The translations under genes were made by a program, and so were the position numbers. This document shows positions 1-12,200 of a stretch of 64,000 nt of DNA, one piece after another. The notes beneath the pieces were generated by a model, which was not told the DNA's origin, did not search any database, and saw only the letters and a list, made by a program, of their open reading frames with translations. This DNA comes from Botryllus schlosseri (Eukaryota), in assembly GCA_051294905.1 (NCBI GenBank), contig CM119372.1, forward strand, positions 13,578,001 through 13,642,000, in the 5' to 3' direction. Positions within the stretch are counted from its first letter, which is position 1. Each line of letters begins with the position of its first letter.

Positions 1-62
1 TTACTCATCCAGACGACAGGTGAGGCACTGCCTCACCTGCCTCATTGGACCGCACGTCACTG
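1..62. mobile_element. Right end of a DNA transposon/MITE (CAGTGACGTGCG-type TIR, reverse complement); the rest lies outside the window
   Basis: Ends ...CGCACGTCACTG at 62, preceded by the palindrome AGGTGAGGCACTGCCTCACCT. The left end is not visible. Confidence 0.4.
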
Positions 63-432
63 ATATAGGCTACATGTTACATGAAATAATAAACTCGGCG
101 ACCGAGATAGATAATTTAGGCGGAGTAAAGTTGAAGTTAAACTAAGCGGCATATTGAGCGTGGTACATGCGTCGGCAAGAAATGACCGGTGAAAATCATA
201 TTTTTTGCAATGCAAAAGCATGTGGCCAACCGAATCATACAAACGAATCATCTGCGTCGACTGTGACTGGTGTCTGCCGAATAGTATGCCTATGCCTTGC
301 CTACCAAATCCACTGTACTGAAAGCTATATACTTATTTTAATGAGTAGTTTTGAGACTTTTGATTATCTATTTCCATTTGAAGTGGATCTAATATGCTTT
401 GAAAATCGTTACTTTCTAAATCTTGATGAGTA

Positions 433-1073
433 AGGGAGACCGGGGACAAATGTAACTAACTAGGGGAAAATGTAACAATCGACCTCACCGCTAGTAGGGT
501 GGAGAAATCGCCTTGATATTTTGAATGCGCACGCGGTAGTTATGTCTCCTAATATACCTGATCTTACGTTGAGCTACGACGCGAAACACCGGAACAATAA
601 AAAAAAACGAAATTTTGGACACTTGAGTAAATATTTTCTGGTCTGGAATAATTTGTTCAGAAGAATAATGCATCAAGTGGTTAGAACGTAATATATGTAG
701 CTGGAACAATGTTACCATAGTCTACCGTGATGATAGGAAAACTGACTTGCATCGCCGGGAACATACCGTACTGAGACACTATTGATGGTCGAGCGTGTCA
801 GGGGCACTAGTAGCACTCTGTTACTTTTGCCCCGTTACAATATCTTTTCAATGCTGAATATCTTTGTTTATATGTTGGTACAACCATATTATCTACTGCA
901 GATGAATCAGCGACAGCTAGAATTCCAATACCAGAACAGAAACTATACCTTGCCATATCACTTCTAACTTGATCAATGATCATCTGTCGGAACGGTCATA
1001 CAGAAGTGGTGATGTGAATCTTAGGGTTCGGTTATTTCCGTGATTCTACCATCATTTCTCCTGCTGATCGACT
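433..1073 (+). mobile_element. Non-autonomous TA-flanked DNA transposon fragment (Tc1/mariner-like TIR GGGGAGACCGGGGACAA), left portion
   Basis: TA at 431-432 followed by AGGGAGACCGGGGACAAATGT. About 640 bp aligns by eye to the reverse complement of 27923-28558. Confidence 0.7.
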
Positions 1074-1114
1074 TTTGTGTGTCAACTTTCCATATAGCCA
1101 CTTAAGAACTTGTC

Positions 1115-1400
1115 CATGACTGAATCCTCGTCCCCTGACGTTGATCTTCGCCCACTTATATTTTGTCATTTGGTGTGAACAATTTATTTTTAATTTTGTA
1201 CGAAACAGAAGAATGCTAGTAGCTTTGTCAACTCTTTATGACCTCCAGCACTGTCGATGATTTGCATGCATCTGTAAATAGGGAACTCCCAAAAGTGTCG
1301 AAATGGCTACAAGCGGGCCGCATGAATTCGATATCGATGGAAAATAGGCAACAACGTTCTATTACTCTACGTCAGTACGACGGTGAGCTACCTAACATAG
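1115..1400 (+). mobile_element. Highly degenerate LINE reverse-transcriptase fragment
   Basis: VPDVDLRPLIF then VNNL resembles GVPQGSILGPLLF..VNDL. It is followed by VDDLHASVNRELPKVSKWLQA, typical of the region after RT motif YADD. Stops and frameshifts are present. Confidence 0.45.
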
Positions 1401-1800
1401 GCGATGGGAATATTGACCACAAACGAAATAATATTTTATTAAAGGATTACAAATACAACAAAAGATCATTATCATCAATTTTATTTTATTTTGAACTGTG
1501 AGCTGTGCACGATACCGGGAAACGATTTTCAGCGACTCTAGGAATCGATATTAGGACTATAGCGAGATAGGTGACTAGCCGAAAGACCATCTTCACGTAA
1601 AGCTTGATCTTGTGGGGAAACCCGAAGCCAGTGGTTCTCAAACTTTTTTAGACACGCCCCCATTTTATGATACCCCAAAAATCGTCATATCACAAAATGC
1701 AACCAGAATGCTAGCAATCCCAACGTCTAGTTTGATGGCATGGAAGGTTATGACTGTTGATAAGAGAATTCTCTTAGATGAATTCCGGACTATACACAGA

Positions 1801-2110
1801 GCAATAACATTCCATCGAGGGAGAATCAGCTGATATGAATGGGCATACTGTCTTGACTTGCAATGGTCCAAACACTGCCAAGACCGAGACGCTTAGAAAA
1901 CGGCTTAGGGCAGAGGTTCCTAAAACGGGGGCGCGAAAAATTTCCGCCTCCCCTTTCTGATGCTTTCGCGCTCCCCTGTTTTAGGAACCACTGCCCTAAG
2001 CCGTTTTCTAAGCGTCTCGATCTTGGCAGTGTTTGGGTCATTGCAAATCAAGACAGTATGCCCAATGCCCATTCATATCAGCTGATTCTCCCTCGATGGA
2101 ATGTTGTTGC
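1801..2110. repeat. About 310-bp near-perfect palindrome with a small hAT-type end pair (1911-1993) at its centre
   Basis: Arms 1801-1938 and ~1964-2110 are reverse complements with ~7 mismatches and one 7-nt duplication. Confidence 0.9.
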
Positions 2111-2565
2111 CATCACCACAGCCGTTTTTACTAGTGACGAATAGTGATATTGAGCACAAGAGAATAGCTTATTTTGAAACAATAACAGCAAACATGTTGA
2201 AACTGTAGTCAGCATTTCAAATTGGTTTTCTTAGCTTTCTTCCAAAATCTCTAATCAGGTCGCGGGCCGCATGCGGCCCGCGTGTTGGTGACCCCTGTTT
2301 TATCGGGAAATGCAGCAATGCAGCAACGTCGTTATATAATGAGCAAACAATTGTCGCGATGTCAGACTCGGAACCCCATTTTGCTGTACGCTAGTTGAGG
2401 AATTACTGATTAGATGCGTGCTTTCTCGTTTGCTATCATCTGTAGGCTACTTTCTTGTCTGCTTTATACCCTCGTATTCCCTCGATGTCACTTGTCAGTG
2501 TTTGATTTATTGTTTTTAATACTGCACGGCTTTGAATTACGTTGTCAAGTATTGATGCAGTAGGA

Positions 2566-4168
2566 CAGTGCTCTTCAACCTTTTTCGTCGTGGTACACCC
2601 TTTTAACATTTTCTCAAAACTCGTACATCCCTGACCGTATAATACACCGATAACGCCGAAAGCCGCATTTTGATTACATATACAATACGTCCGGATTCCA
2701 ACGGGGATTCGCCATGGCGCATGGACGACAAGTGCTCATATGAAATTTGATACTGGGAACTTAACACCACGGAGAGCCCTTGTGGTGTTCTGTGCCTTCA
2801 CTTATTTCTTGAGATATACAATGCGCAAATATTTTTACTGTAGAAGCAAAACATCCCAGCAGGCTTACAGTAGATAATTTATGTACCAAAATCGCGAGTA
2901 TAAATGTCAAGAAAAGACACTAGGATTATGTGTGTAGTCGCGCAGAGCGCGAAAATTTTGCCCCTTGAATGGATTTCATCGAAAATGTTGGTAGTTTCAC
3001 ATATAATTGTCAAAAATTTATTAATTCTCAGCTCACGTGATCAGATTAACCCGTAGAGCTGATGGAGGGTATTTTCGAAAATATTGGGTACAATATTAAT
3101 GATGATGCATCTTGCGGTTCCTATTAATCACTTAGTTGCGTGTTGTTAATCACTTAGTTGCATGTTGTTATTTCTTGTCCTCCCACCAGGATTGCTTGTA
3201 TTGTTATTAATAATATTTTATTACACATTAATGACAGTGGTGATAATCGCCTGTTTAGAATTTGTGCGCCACGACAGTGCATTTCTCTAAGTATAGTATT
3301 TTTGCTTTGGGTAATGAGGACGACTTTTGCTTGCACGCGCACTCCCATTCTTCATTCTCTCTCGCTACCGTGCGTCCACTTTTAGGACTTTGCTGCTGAC
3401 TTTGAAGCTCGGTTAAGTCTTCTTCTGGGCTTTTCAAGACACTACGTTAACAGGGGGTCGGTGACGAGGAGCCTAGAAAAACCTGCGACACATAGAAACA
3501 TGGCAGAGCTGAGACTAGAACCAGCAACAATTGGTTACATAATGACGCTAATTTAAATATGTGTAGAAGATCGCAAAATTATGCTTATGCGGCTGAAGTA
3601 CGCCGTACGTCCGCAGGTTGAGCACCCCTGACGTAGCCGAAATAAGGATGGACATTTGAGCAAGGCTGCAACGTATAGTAAATGATAATACGAATAAGGG
3701 CTCGAGGTTACTGGACCACCATCTAACGCAGTGGTTCGCAAACTCGACCCCGTGGCTGGGTAAGTAGGCTATGTATTCTGCACTATTCATAAGCTGGTCG
3801 CAGGAAGCACAAATTCAAAATGTCCGAGATTTAGCGGTGGTTTCCTCGAGAATCATCAGACAGATATCGCAAGCTGAACACATGCTAACTCCACCCTGCT
3901 CTACTCGAAAAGGAAGTAATAAGTCCATTACCAAAGGTTGAATGATCAGAAACATTTGCTTATGGCATCACATTGTACGATATTACACATCCAGTCATTC
4001 TCTTTTGAAGCATAAACTGGCGTATTTTTGTGATAGCTATAGTCATCGTATCATCGGTTCATCATAATGTGGATCTGGTACACCCCAGTACACCCCATCC
4101 GAGTGGTACACCCTTTGAAAATTCTGGTACACCCTAGGGTGTACGACAACCCCGGTTGAAGAGCACTG
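2566..4168. mobile_element. Non-autonomous hAT element, 1603 bp
   Basis: TIR CAGTGCTCTTCAACC / GGTTGAAGAGCACTG with perfect 8-bp TSD CAGTAGGA (2558-2565, 4169-4176). No transposase ORF seen. Confidence 0.92.
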
Positions 4169-4804
4169 CAGTAGGAGATTCTCGGTGGCGCAAATTCTGA
4201 TTTTATTCGATTAGTTTGAGGTTGAGCGGCAACCTTCTATGTTCCAATAAACGTTATTGCTACACTGACTCTATCGGGCGCAAGCATATCGCGGATCGAA
4301 TTTCAAACCATCAAGATTTGTGTCGCGACATGCGCCCATTTTGCTCTTGCTGCAATACCACCTGGATAATTAAAATCGCACCATTTCACGGTCAAATTCG
4401 ACTGGCTGATCGGGACCTACGTAGGCCGCAGGCCGCGGGCTGATATTAACCAGCGCGTTGTCGGTAATCAAACCCTATGTGCGCAGCCAGGGAGTTCCCC
4501 ATTTAAAACCAGAAATCCCGTCCTTTTGAAGTGCCAATTCACTAATTTGTATTATCGATGCCGCGTACTGAAAATTAGCGAGAATCATTTGTATGCGAAA
4601 TGGGTCATTGACATCTGATGTGCGCTGTCCTCGTCCGCATGCAGGTCTGCGTGTAATAATAGCTGGCATGGACTCTCACGGGCACTAGGCTGGCAGGCTA
4701 GGCCTGATATCGTTACCAGCCTGAACTATCGAGTCTACTCTACATCTACATCAGGACAGGCGCATGTGATAACTTCGCTGGCCTAAACTATAGCGTATGT
4801 TCAG

Positions 4805-5050
4805 TAGGGCTGTTCAAAAATTACTTTTTGTTCTGGATTCCAGCCATTCAGTCATTAAATTGTCAGGTTACCCTAAAAAACGCTGCACACCAAATTCGGT
4901 TCAATTCTAACAAGTCTTGGGCTCCGCGGATCCAATTAAAATTTTTAATTTAAATAGGAAAAAAAATTCAAATTTTTCAGTCAACCCCATGAAATTGTTG
5001 AGCTGTCTTCAGAGACGATGCAAAACAAATTTGACTCAATTTGATTCAAT
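4805..5050 (+). mobile_element. Partial arm of the TAGGG(C/G)TGTTCAAAAA hAT foldback family
   Basis: Shares its terminus and the subterminal motifs AGGTTACC, CACACCAAATT and TCAATT with 41769-42430 and 42752-44430. Confidence 0.6.
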
Positions 5051-5291
5051 TGTTTATATAGCTCAGTGACCTATACACTATACACTGGCCTATATAGCTC
5101 AATGGCCTATACATACCTCGCGAATCGCTACTGATGCGTGTCGTTCGACATCCTCCTATCCGTTCATGACATCGCATTGTGTCTTATCGCATTGTACATG
5201 GTGTGTGACTTGTTCAGATGAAAAATATAACCCAACGTTCTTATGTTAATAACTATTCTGAATGAAGTTTGTCGTCATTCGCCACAGATCT

Positions 5292-5411
5292 CAGAGAAAA
5301 TCGAATCCAAATCCAAATCCAAAAATTTCAAATCCTAATATAATCCAAATCCGACAAAATTTCACAAATCCGTTTTTTTCAAATCCTAATCCTAATCCAC
5401 GCTTATCTCTG
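5292..5411 (+). mobile_element. Truncated copy of the (AATCC)n-rich hAT MITE at 22291-22717
   Basis: Shares AATCCAAATCCGACAAAATTTCACAAATCC...AATCCTAATCC and the terminal ATCTCTG. Confidence 0.75.
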
Positions 5412-5623
5412 GAACTTGACCAGAGGTTCATCGTCAAAAAACATTAACAACAGTAGAGTAAAGGCGGAAGGCGATTTTGAATAAATTAGCAGGGTATAAA
5501 CAATCTGGATTGCAAACTGTATGAGAAAAGCTGTATAGCGTTGTGTGCTGGTGATTTTGTCTGAAAGTATCGATAGGGTATAGGTTCATGACTGAAGTGT
5601 TGATGTCAGAATAAAGTCAACAG

Positions 5624-7415
5624 ATGGCTATAAGAATAATTAAAATAGGCGGTATTGCTTCTTTTGCTGGGTGTGCATTTCTTGGTACTTCTTTCAAAAA
5701 AGACGAAAGCGTGCTTTCATCATTCACGAGGCTGAAGGCACAATGTTTCTACAATCCTCTTCAGCAGCAAGCCACAACGACATGGGATTGGAATTGGGAC
5801 AAGCGTCATAGCTCCTATGATGTCGTTGACTCTGGATCCATGAAAAAGGCAAAGAAGCATTATATTTTCATACGCCATGGGCAATACAATACCAACGGCT
5901 ATAATGATACAGAACGGTATCTCACCGAACTGGGCAAAGAACAAGCTAAAATGACTGGAGAGCGATTGTCTCAACTTGGGCTCGTATACTCTCGGGTTGT
6001 GCAGTCTTCGATGACACGGGCTAAAGAAACATGCGGAATAATAATGCAACATATCCCCAATCATCCGTCTGTGGAAACGTGCGACTTGCTGAGAGAAGGT
6101 GCCCCCACACCTCCTGATCCACCTAACAGAGCTAATGAATCGGAGGTAAGCTTCGAACTGAATGAACTATGAACCTATCTATAATTCTACTATTGAATGC
6201 TGTGTTAATGATTACCGGTAGGTAATGTTGTGACGTCTATTATTGTGGCAGGACGTTGATTGAATTATACATCGAATTGCAGGAGCACGTTCTGTATTAG
6301 CTTGTCATTTTATGCATAAATATATCTTGTAATAAAATAGCTCTTTCCTCTTTTGATTTCGTAGTTCGTTATAGACAAGAAATCGCATTACATAATATAG
6401 GCCTAGTGACGGGTGTTGCATAGGGCCAATATATAGGCACATAGACCGTGTTATCTAGACCAGTAGTGGTTCTCAACCTTCTTAGATTGCGGACCAGTAA
6501 AGTTTCGAATAAAAATTCCCGGAACGGTTAGGAACTCAAAAGTGATTACGACAAGTTAGCAACTCAAAAGCAAATAATGGAAACTTCATTTTATATTAAA
6601 TATGTTATGCATGGTTTGATTGAAGTTCCGCAAGGCGAAGTCCTTAATTTTGACTGTGTTTCTTTTAAGAAATAGGCTATACAATACTTTGCTGTCTGCT
6701 AGATTCCATTATTCTGTCAAACGTCGTTAAATTGTAATTTCGTATTTCATAACCGTATTGTTTGAAGTCTTTTTAGCTATGTACCGCCTATAACTGATGA
6801 GCTTTAAGCTACTTTAAAACAGATTAGTACAACACGTAGTATTTCGACATTCGTTAATTGGAATATGAACTGTTATGTCATGAAAACTCAAAATGCTGCA
6901 AATTACGTTCTAAATTTATGAATCAGTTAAAAATTTGTTGTTTTATTTCTCTATGTAATGGATAAGTTTTCAACTACTTGCATTTTGCAGTTGAGGCAGA
7001 TCTAATTTAATCATATTTGGCGAACTGGCAGGGAAGTTGATACGGACCGGTGGTTTAGCACCACTGACCTAGTCTTCTCAAATGCAGTTTTCATTTTTGG
7101 AAAAGGTGAATGTAATACCAATATTTTTAGTTGAAGTACCTCTCCGACTCTCCACGGATTGAAGCAGCCTTTCGAAAGTATGTCCATCGTCCTGCAATGT
7201 CTGACGAGGAAGCTCCTGTTGAGCTGTATGTCTGCCATGCCAACGTGATTCGGTACTTTGTGTGCCGAGCTGCTCAATTTCCACCTCAAGGATGGTTACG
7301 AATTAGCCTCAAACATGGCAGCATCACTTGGATCACTGTATTCTCTGATGGTTCGACTGTGATTAATTGTGTCGGGGATTCCGGGTACATGCCCTCTTCT
7401 AAACTGACATCGTAA
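5624..7415 (+). CDS. PGAM5: Mitochondrial Ser/Thr phosphatase PGAM5; exons 5624-6145 and 7131-7415 (268 aa)
   Basis: WDWNWD motif, FIRHGQY phosphohistidine motif, CDLLREGAP, RIEAAFRKY, CHANVIRY and QFPPQGWLR. The GT-AG intron 6146-7130 joins the exons in phase 0. Confidence 0.95.
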
Positions 7416-8029
7416 TGTCGTTAAATAGTGCTATATTGTCACAAATACGTCTCGTCTTTAAATAGCTTTTCCTGAGATTATTTGTAGTCAATCTCCGCGT
7501 GTTCTTTGTTAAACAGTATCCACTCTAGTTTCCTATTATTGTTTGCGAAGACTTCAAATTTATTTTTTCCTCCGTTTTTCTTGAACGTGCCCACTCAAAA
7601 TCAACGGTTACTTTATAGGCTTTGAGACCGAAGCAAATTAAATATCTCCATATGCAGTAGTTCAGTCAAGATTTACATAACAATGTTCAAAATGTAGAAT
7701 TGTGGTGTCTGGTCACTGTTGTGATCACTGATCAGTGTTAATAGATTCGGTATCAATGGGTGTGGTTCAAATTTTAAGAGGGCAGATGTAACATGTACAG
7801 TAGTCATTAGTCGCTTCTTTAACTGTTTTGCATTCTACTTACAGCTACTCTTATCCTGTTTCTGTCTAGTCCACAGATGACCTATTCCTTATTATGTTGT
7901 ATTATTTTATTAGGATCTTTATTAATGCTCAATTGAGATGTTTAATAATTTCCCGTATTTTTAGATCCTCACAATTTATTAGTAGCAACTATTGGAACGC
8001 AGCGTTAGATTTGTTAGTTGCAACTCGGA

Positions 8030-8356
8030 ATGCTTCTATTTTGCCCCACATGTGGGAACCTTCTCACCGTCGAAGAGGGAAATAGATGCTACCGATTCGC
8101 ATGTCCCACATGCCCGTACATTCACAACATTGTGCACAAGATATCCCATCGAAAGTATCCGAAGCTGAAAGAAGTGGACGACGTACTCGGTGGCTCTGCC
8201 GCGTGGGAAAACGTTGATTCTACCGAGGAGACGTGTCCCAAGTGTGAACACAGGAGAGCATACTTCATGCAAATACAGACCCGCTCCGCGGATGAACCTA
8301 TGACTACATTTTACAAATGCTGCAATGCACAATGCGGACACCGGTGGAGGGAATAG
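8030..8356 (+). CDS. POLR3K: RNA polymerase III subunit RPC11 (108 aa, intronless CDS)
   Basis: [10 protein letters not shown] zinc ribbon, [19 protein letters not shown] and the TFIIS-like [15 protein letters not shown]. The true ATG is at 8030. Confidence 0.97.
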   Translation: MLLFCPTCGNLLTVEEGNRCYRFACPTCPYIHNIVHKISHRKYPKLKEVDDVLGGSAAWENVDSTEETCPKCEHRRAYFMQIQTRSADEPMTTFYKCCNAQCGHRWRE

Positions 8357-9225
8357 ATCACGGCTGGGAAAAATGAAGTGCGCGATTATGGTTCAAATCT
8401 GTTTGCCATCATTGACTTATAGTATCCGGATAGGTCTGATGCTTATGATTCTTTAGATGCGAAAAAGCACGGAATAAGTATACATACAAAATTATCCCAA
8501 ACAGACTTTTGTCGTTCAACGTTCAAATTGAGGAAACTGGAATAATCAACTGTTAGTCAGTTCGCTGCATGACCTAAACGTCATTTCCATGTCCATGTAC
8601 ATCCGATGCTTTGTGCATCGTGTGGTGAACATGCTATGGTTCAGAGCGTCGCGGCTCACTCGGTGTTGAGTAAGCGCTCGTAAGCGAGGGGCATCTCTGC
8701 TCAATCCGAGGGAAAATATATCGAAGGATTGGAAATCCTTATCAGATGATTCACTTGCGGTTGAGCGCTTGGAATTATGTGCCTGGCTCTTGTTGGAAAG
8801 GCTGTTGTCAATCGTCGCAAGGCCTTCGGAAATGTGATTGACTTATGAATTTGAGATGTTTGGCCATTCCCGATCATTTGTACTTGAATGGATACTGTTG
8901 TGGGATTTGAAGTACGGTAGAATGTTTCCTTTTGACGGAGCAGTTACATCACATGGGCATAATGAACAATCTCTGTGGTAGTGCAATATGAAAAATTGAT
9001 ATTGACTCCATATTTCTGCAGCAATCATTCGCTACTACTTGAATTTGTGTCTACTTGATCGTATATGAAAGCTTCACGCCGTTACGTGATAACATTGAAT
9101 GCATATCAATTGTGTCTGAATTTGTTGGTATTCCTAATTCGCTGTCTTCTTTTTTAGAGTTGGGCATTCACATTTATTGGCTATGATGAAATTCTAAATA
9201 CAAATAACTATTTTCTTCGATTGTC

Positions 9226-12200
9226 ATGGCGAAAGAAACTGAAACGAATTTGTCGCGAGTGCACAGCGTCGGGATGCTGTCCAATCTCAATGACTTGAGA
9301 AAGCACGAAAACCTATGCGATATCAGCCTACGAGTGGGAGGCTGTAGTCTCCTGGCCCATAAAGTAGTGCTGTCCGCTTCGTCGCCCTATTTCAAGGCTA
9401 TGTTCACTCAGGTATTGTAAAACGGACCAGAGTTCAAAAGTTTCGAACTGCAGTTTTTATGTGTCATGTAGGAAATGGCAGAGAAGAACCAACCGGTCGT
9501 TGATTTAAAGTCGATCGATGTGGAAGCAATGCGGACTCTGATTGATTTCGCATATACTGGCAATTTAGAAGTAAGTCTATTCCAACGCATCTGATGCTAG
9601 GTTGCCTAATCCTCTCGACCAAGTGGTCAAATAGAATTGTACAATTGAACCGTATCAATCATTCACTGGTAGTTGAGACCTCACCATCCAATGTGATACA
9701 TTTACAATAGTATATTCACTTTTTGACACTGTTATTCGGCTATTTACAGGTGTCGTCTTCAAATGTCCAGTCCTTGCTACCGGCTGCTACGCATTTCCAA
9801 ATGAATCTCGTTATTGACGAGTGCTGTCGCTTTCTGGAGTCTCATCTGCACATATACAATTGCATTGGTATCTGGAGGTTTGCCGACACTTACGGACTTT
9901 TTCAATTAACGAAGGTATTTTGGTTTGCGTGTTAGTTTGGTTAATATCTCTGAGAGGGCCTTTGCAAATTTCTAGAGCTGTGCTGTGCTGGTTTCATGCA
10001 ATTAGTTTGTTTAGTGAAATCACGTAATTGGTAGTATGAGGAAGTATTGTTAACGGGAATGGATGACTTCATGCATAGCTAACAGTCATATCCTCCTCAC
10101 TACCCACAACCTAAATTATGTTTACAATCCTTGTTGGCTGTATGTTCTCATGAATTTATAATTGCTGTTGTTGTTATCTTTGAGTTTTGTGTATCTCACC
10201 CTACCAATGAAAATTATGCCCTGTCATTGTCCAATGCCCTGTTAATTACCGTACTCCTTTGATCATGATTGGTTTAGAACAGTGATTCCCAAGCGCGGCC
10301 CCCAAATAGCCTTCTTGCGGCCCCCTAAAATATATTAAGAAGTCGATTTATGACAAAAATAAAATTTAAATTTATAAAATACTCTTGCTTGGCTTGGCCT
10401 CTGTAGTTTTTAATTATAGAATTGCAGTAAAGTTGTGAGTATAGACTGCTAACATTACGTCACTGCTGTTTCAATGCAATGTGCCTTAACTTTCCAGTTG
10501 AACGAGCAGTAGCTATAGATATAAATAGGTATTGATAAATTTCAAAACCGAAGGAAAATCCTGAAAAAACAGTAAATTTTTCCCATTTCATGGTCGCTTG
10601 ACTGAAAAAGAAAAAGAGGCTCAACTCCCGGAAAATACAGTTTTTCTTTCACATTAACAGGTGGTTGACTGAAAAAAAGGTCAACTTTGCGGTCCAGCTC
10701 CCGAAATAGCCGCCATAGCGTAGCGTTCCTACAGTGCTGACTTAATGTATATCAGTCGAGTTTGGCCCTATATGTAACCAAAATCCTCACAAAAGAAGAC
10801 AAAATCTCAAAAAAGAAGACATTTGGGCGTCCTCCAAGGACACTTGAAAAAAAAATCAAAAAAGAGGACAAATCATCTTAAAAGAGGACGTATGGTAAAT
10901 CTATGATAACTAGATGTGCAACACGTGACTCACGGCTGAATACGCCGAGATGCATACTGCTTAGTCGGCTAAAAGCAGCATAATTGGTAGTCCTGTAGTC
11001 AGGGCCGTAACTGCCGCAGCCCAAACCCCCCAATTGAGGGGGCCGAGCTCAAAGGGGCCCCAAAATTGTTTCGTGAATTAGCATAAATTATAGAGTATTT
11101 GTGACAATTTATGCCACTTTTTCAAGAATTTTTCCCGCTAGGCGCGATTTCAATTCGCCACATATCTTGATTATTGGGTACTCTTCCCCAAGAAAAAATA
11201 CACAAGATTTATAGAAATGGGTATATCAGCGTTGGCCATGACCGCACCACAACGCACCAAGACATATAAAGTTTTAGGCCATATAACATATGACTCCAAG
11301 AAGTATGTCAGAACGATCGGCAGCGAGAAAGCCTTGGCCGTAAAGGACTGCTTTTATGCTGACCAAAAACTTCGAAATACCAAAAACTTCGTTATATATA
11401 CAAAATACATATAGGTTTAATTGTCCATATAGGCGCCTAAATGACCGGCGCCGAATGTTCTTGTCTTGGCAATCTGAACCTCACAAGACAAATACCACCC
11501 GGCAGGAAAGAAAATTATATGCCAGTGAAGAAATACCAATCTGAAATCGTGTGATCTTTCAGTTTAGTAGCTTTGGGCAATTCTACATTTTTTGATATAG
11601 CAGACAGGAGGTCACGAAATAACATCATGTAAAGAAGTCATACCTAGGGGTTCACCCGCCCGAAGATGTTTAATTTTACGGGGTCTGCAGTTTCAAAGAC
11701 ACCTCTCACTCAGCTCTACCGGTAAATCTGATAACGTGAGCAAAGAGGACTACCATGCAATTCCCGATCATATTGACCAGTTTAGTCATGAAACTAAAGA
11801 AATTTCTCGCGCTTCGTGCGTTTAGGCGAGAAAAGCTGTTTCACTCGCACGGACACCCAATGCAGCAGATAAGTAGCGGTAAACGGTGTACAGTTTTGAA
11901 ATCTCGCCAGGGCAATAAAACTACTCCGAAATAGCCATGATGGCTGTTTGGGCGCGTTTCATAGCCGTAGTATTCATGCGGCCCTGACCGTACTCTGAAA
12001 TTCTAAATTTGGCCCTCACACCGAAAAAGTTTGGGAACCACTGGTTTAGAACGTCTCTTCTATTTCAGAAGTGCGCAGTAATGCATTTTCTTCCACATCT
12101 AGTTTTGAGAGAATTCAAGCATATGTTACTTTGATTTTTACATTTTACAAGCATTAATTTTTCCTTTATTCTTGTTCTCTAATGATGCTTCTCATTTTTA

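Noticed and set aside
8640-8720. GC-rich hairpin-forming stretch after POLR3K as a tRNA-derived SINE or ncRNA
   Set aside because: No clear A/B boxes, cloverleaf, or second copy in the window; it may simply be KLHL28 promoter or 5' UTR.
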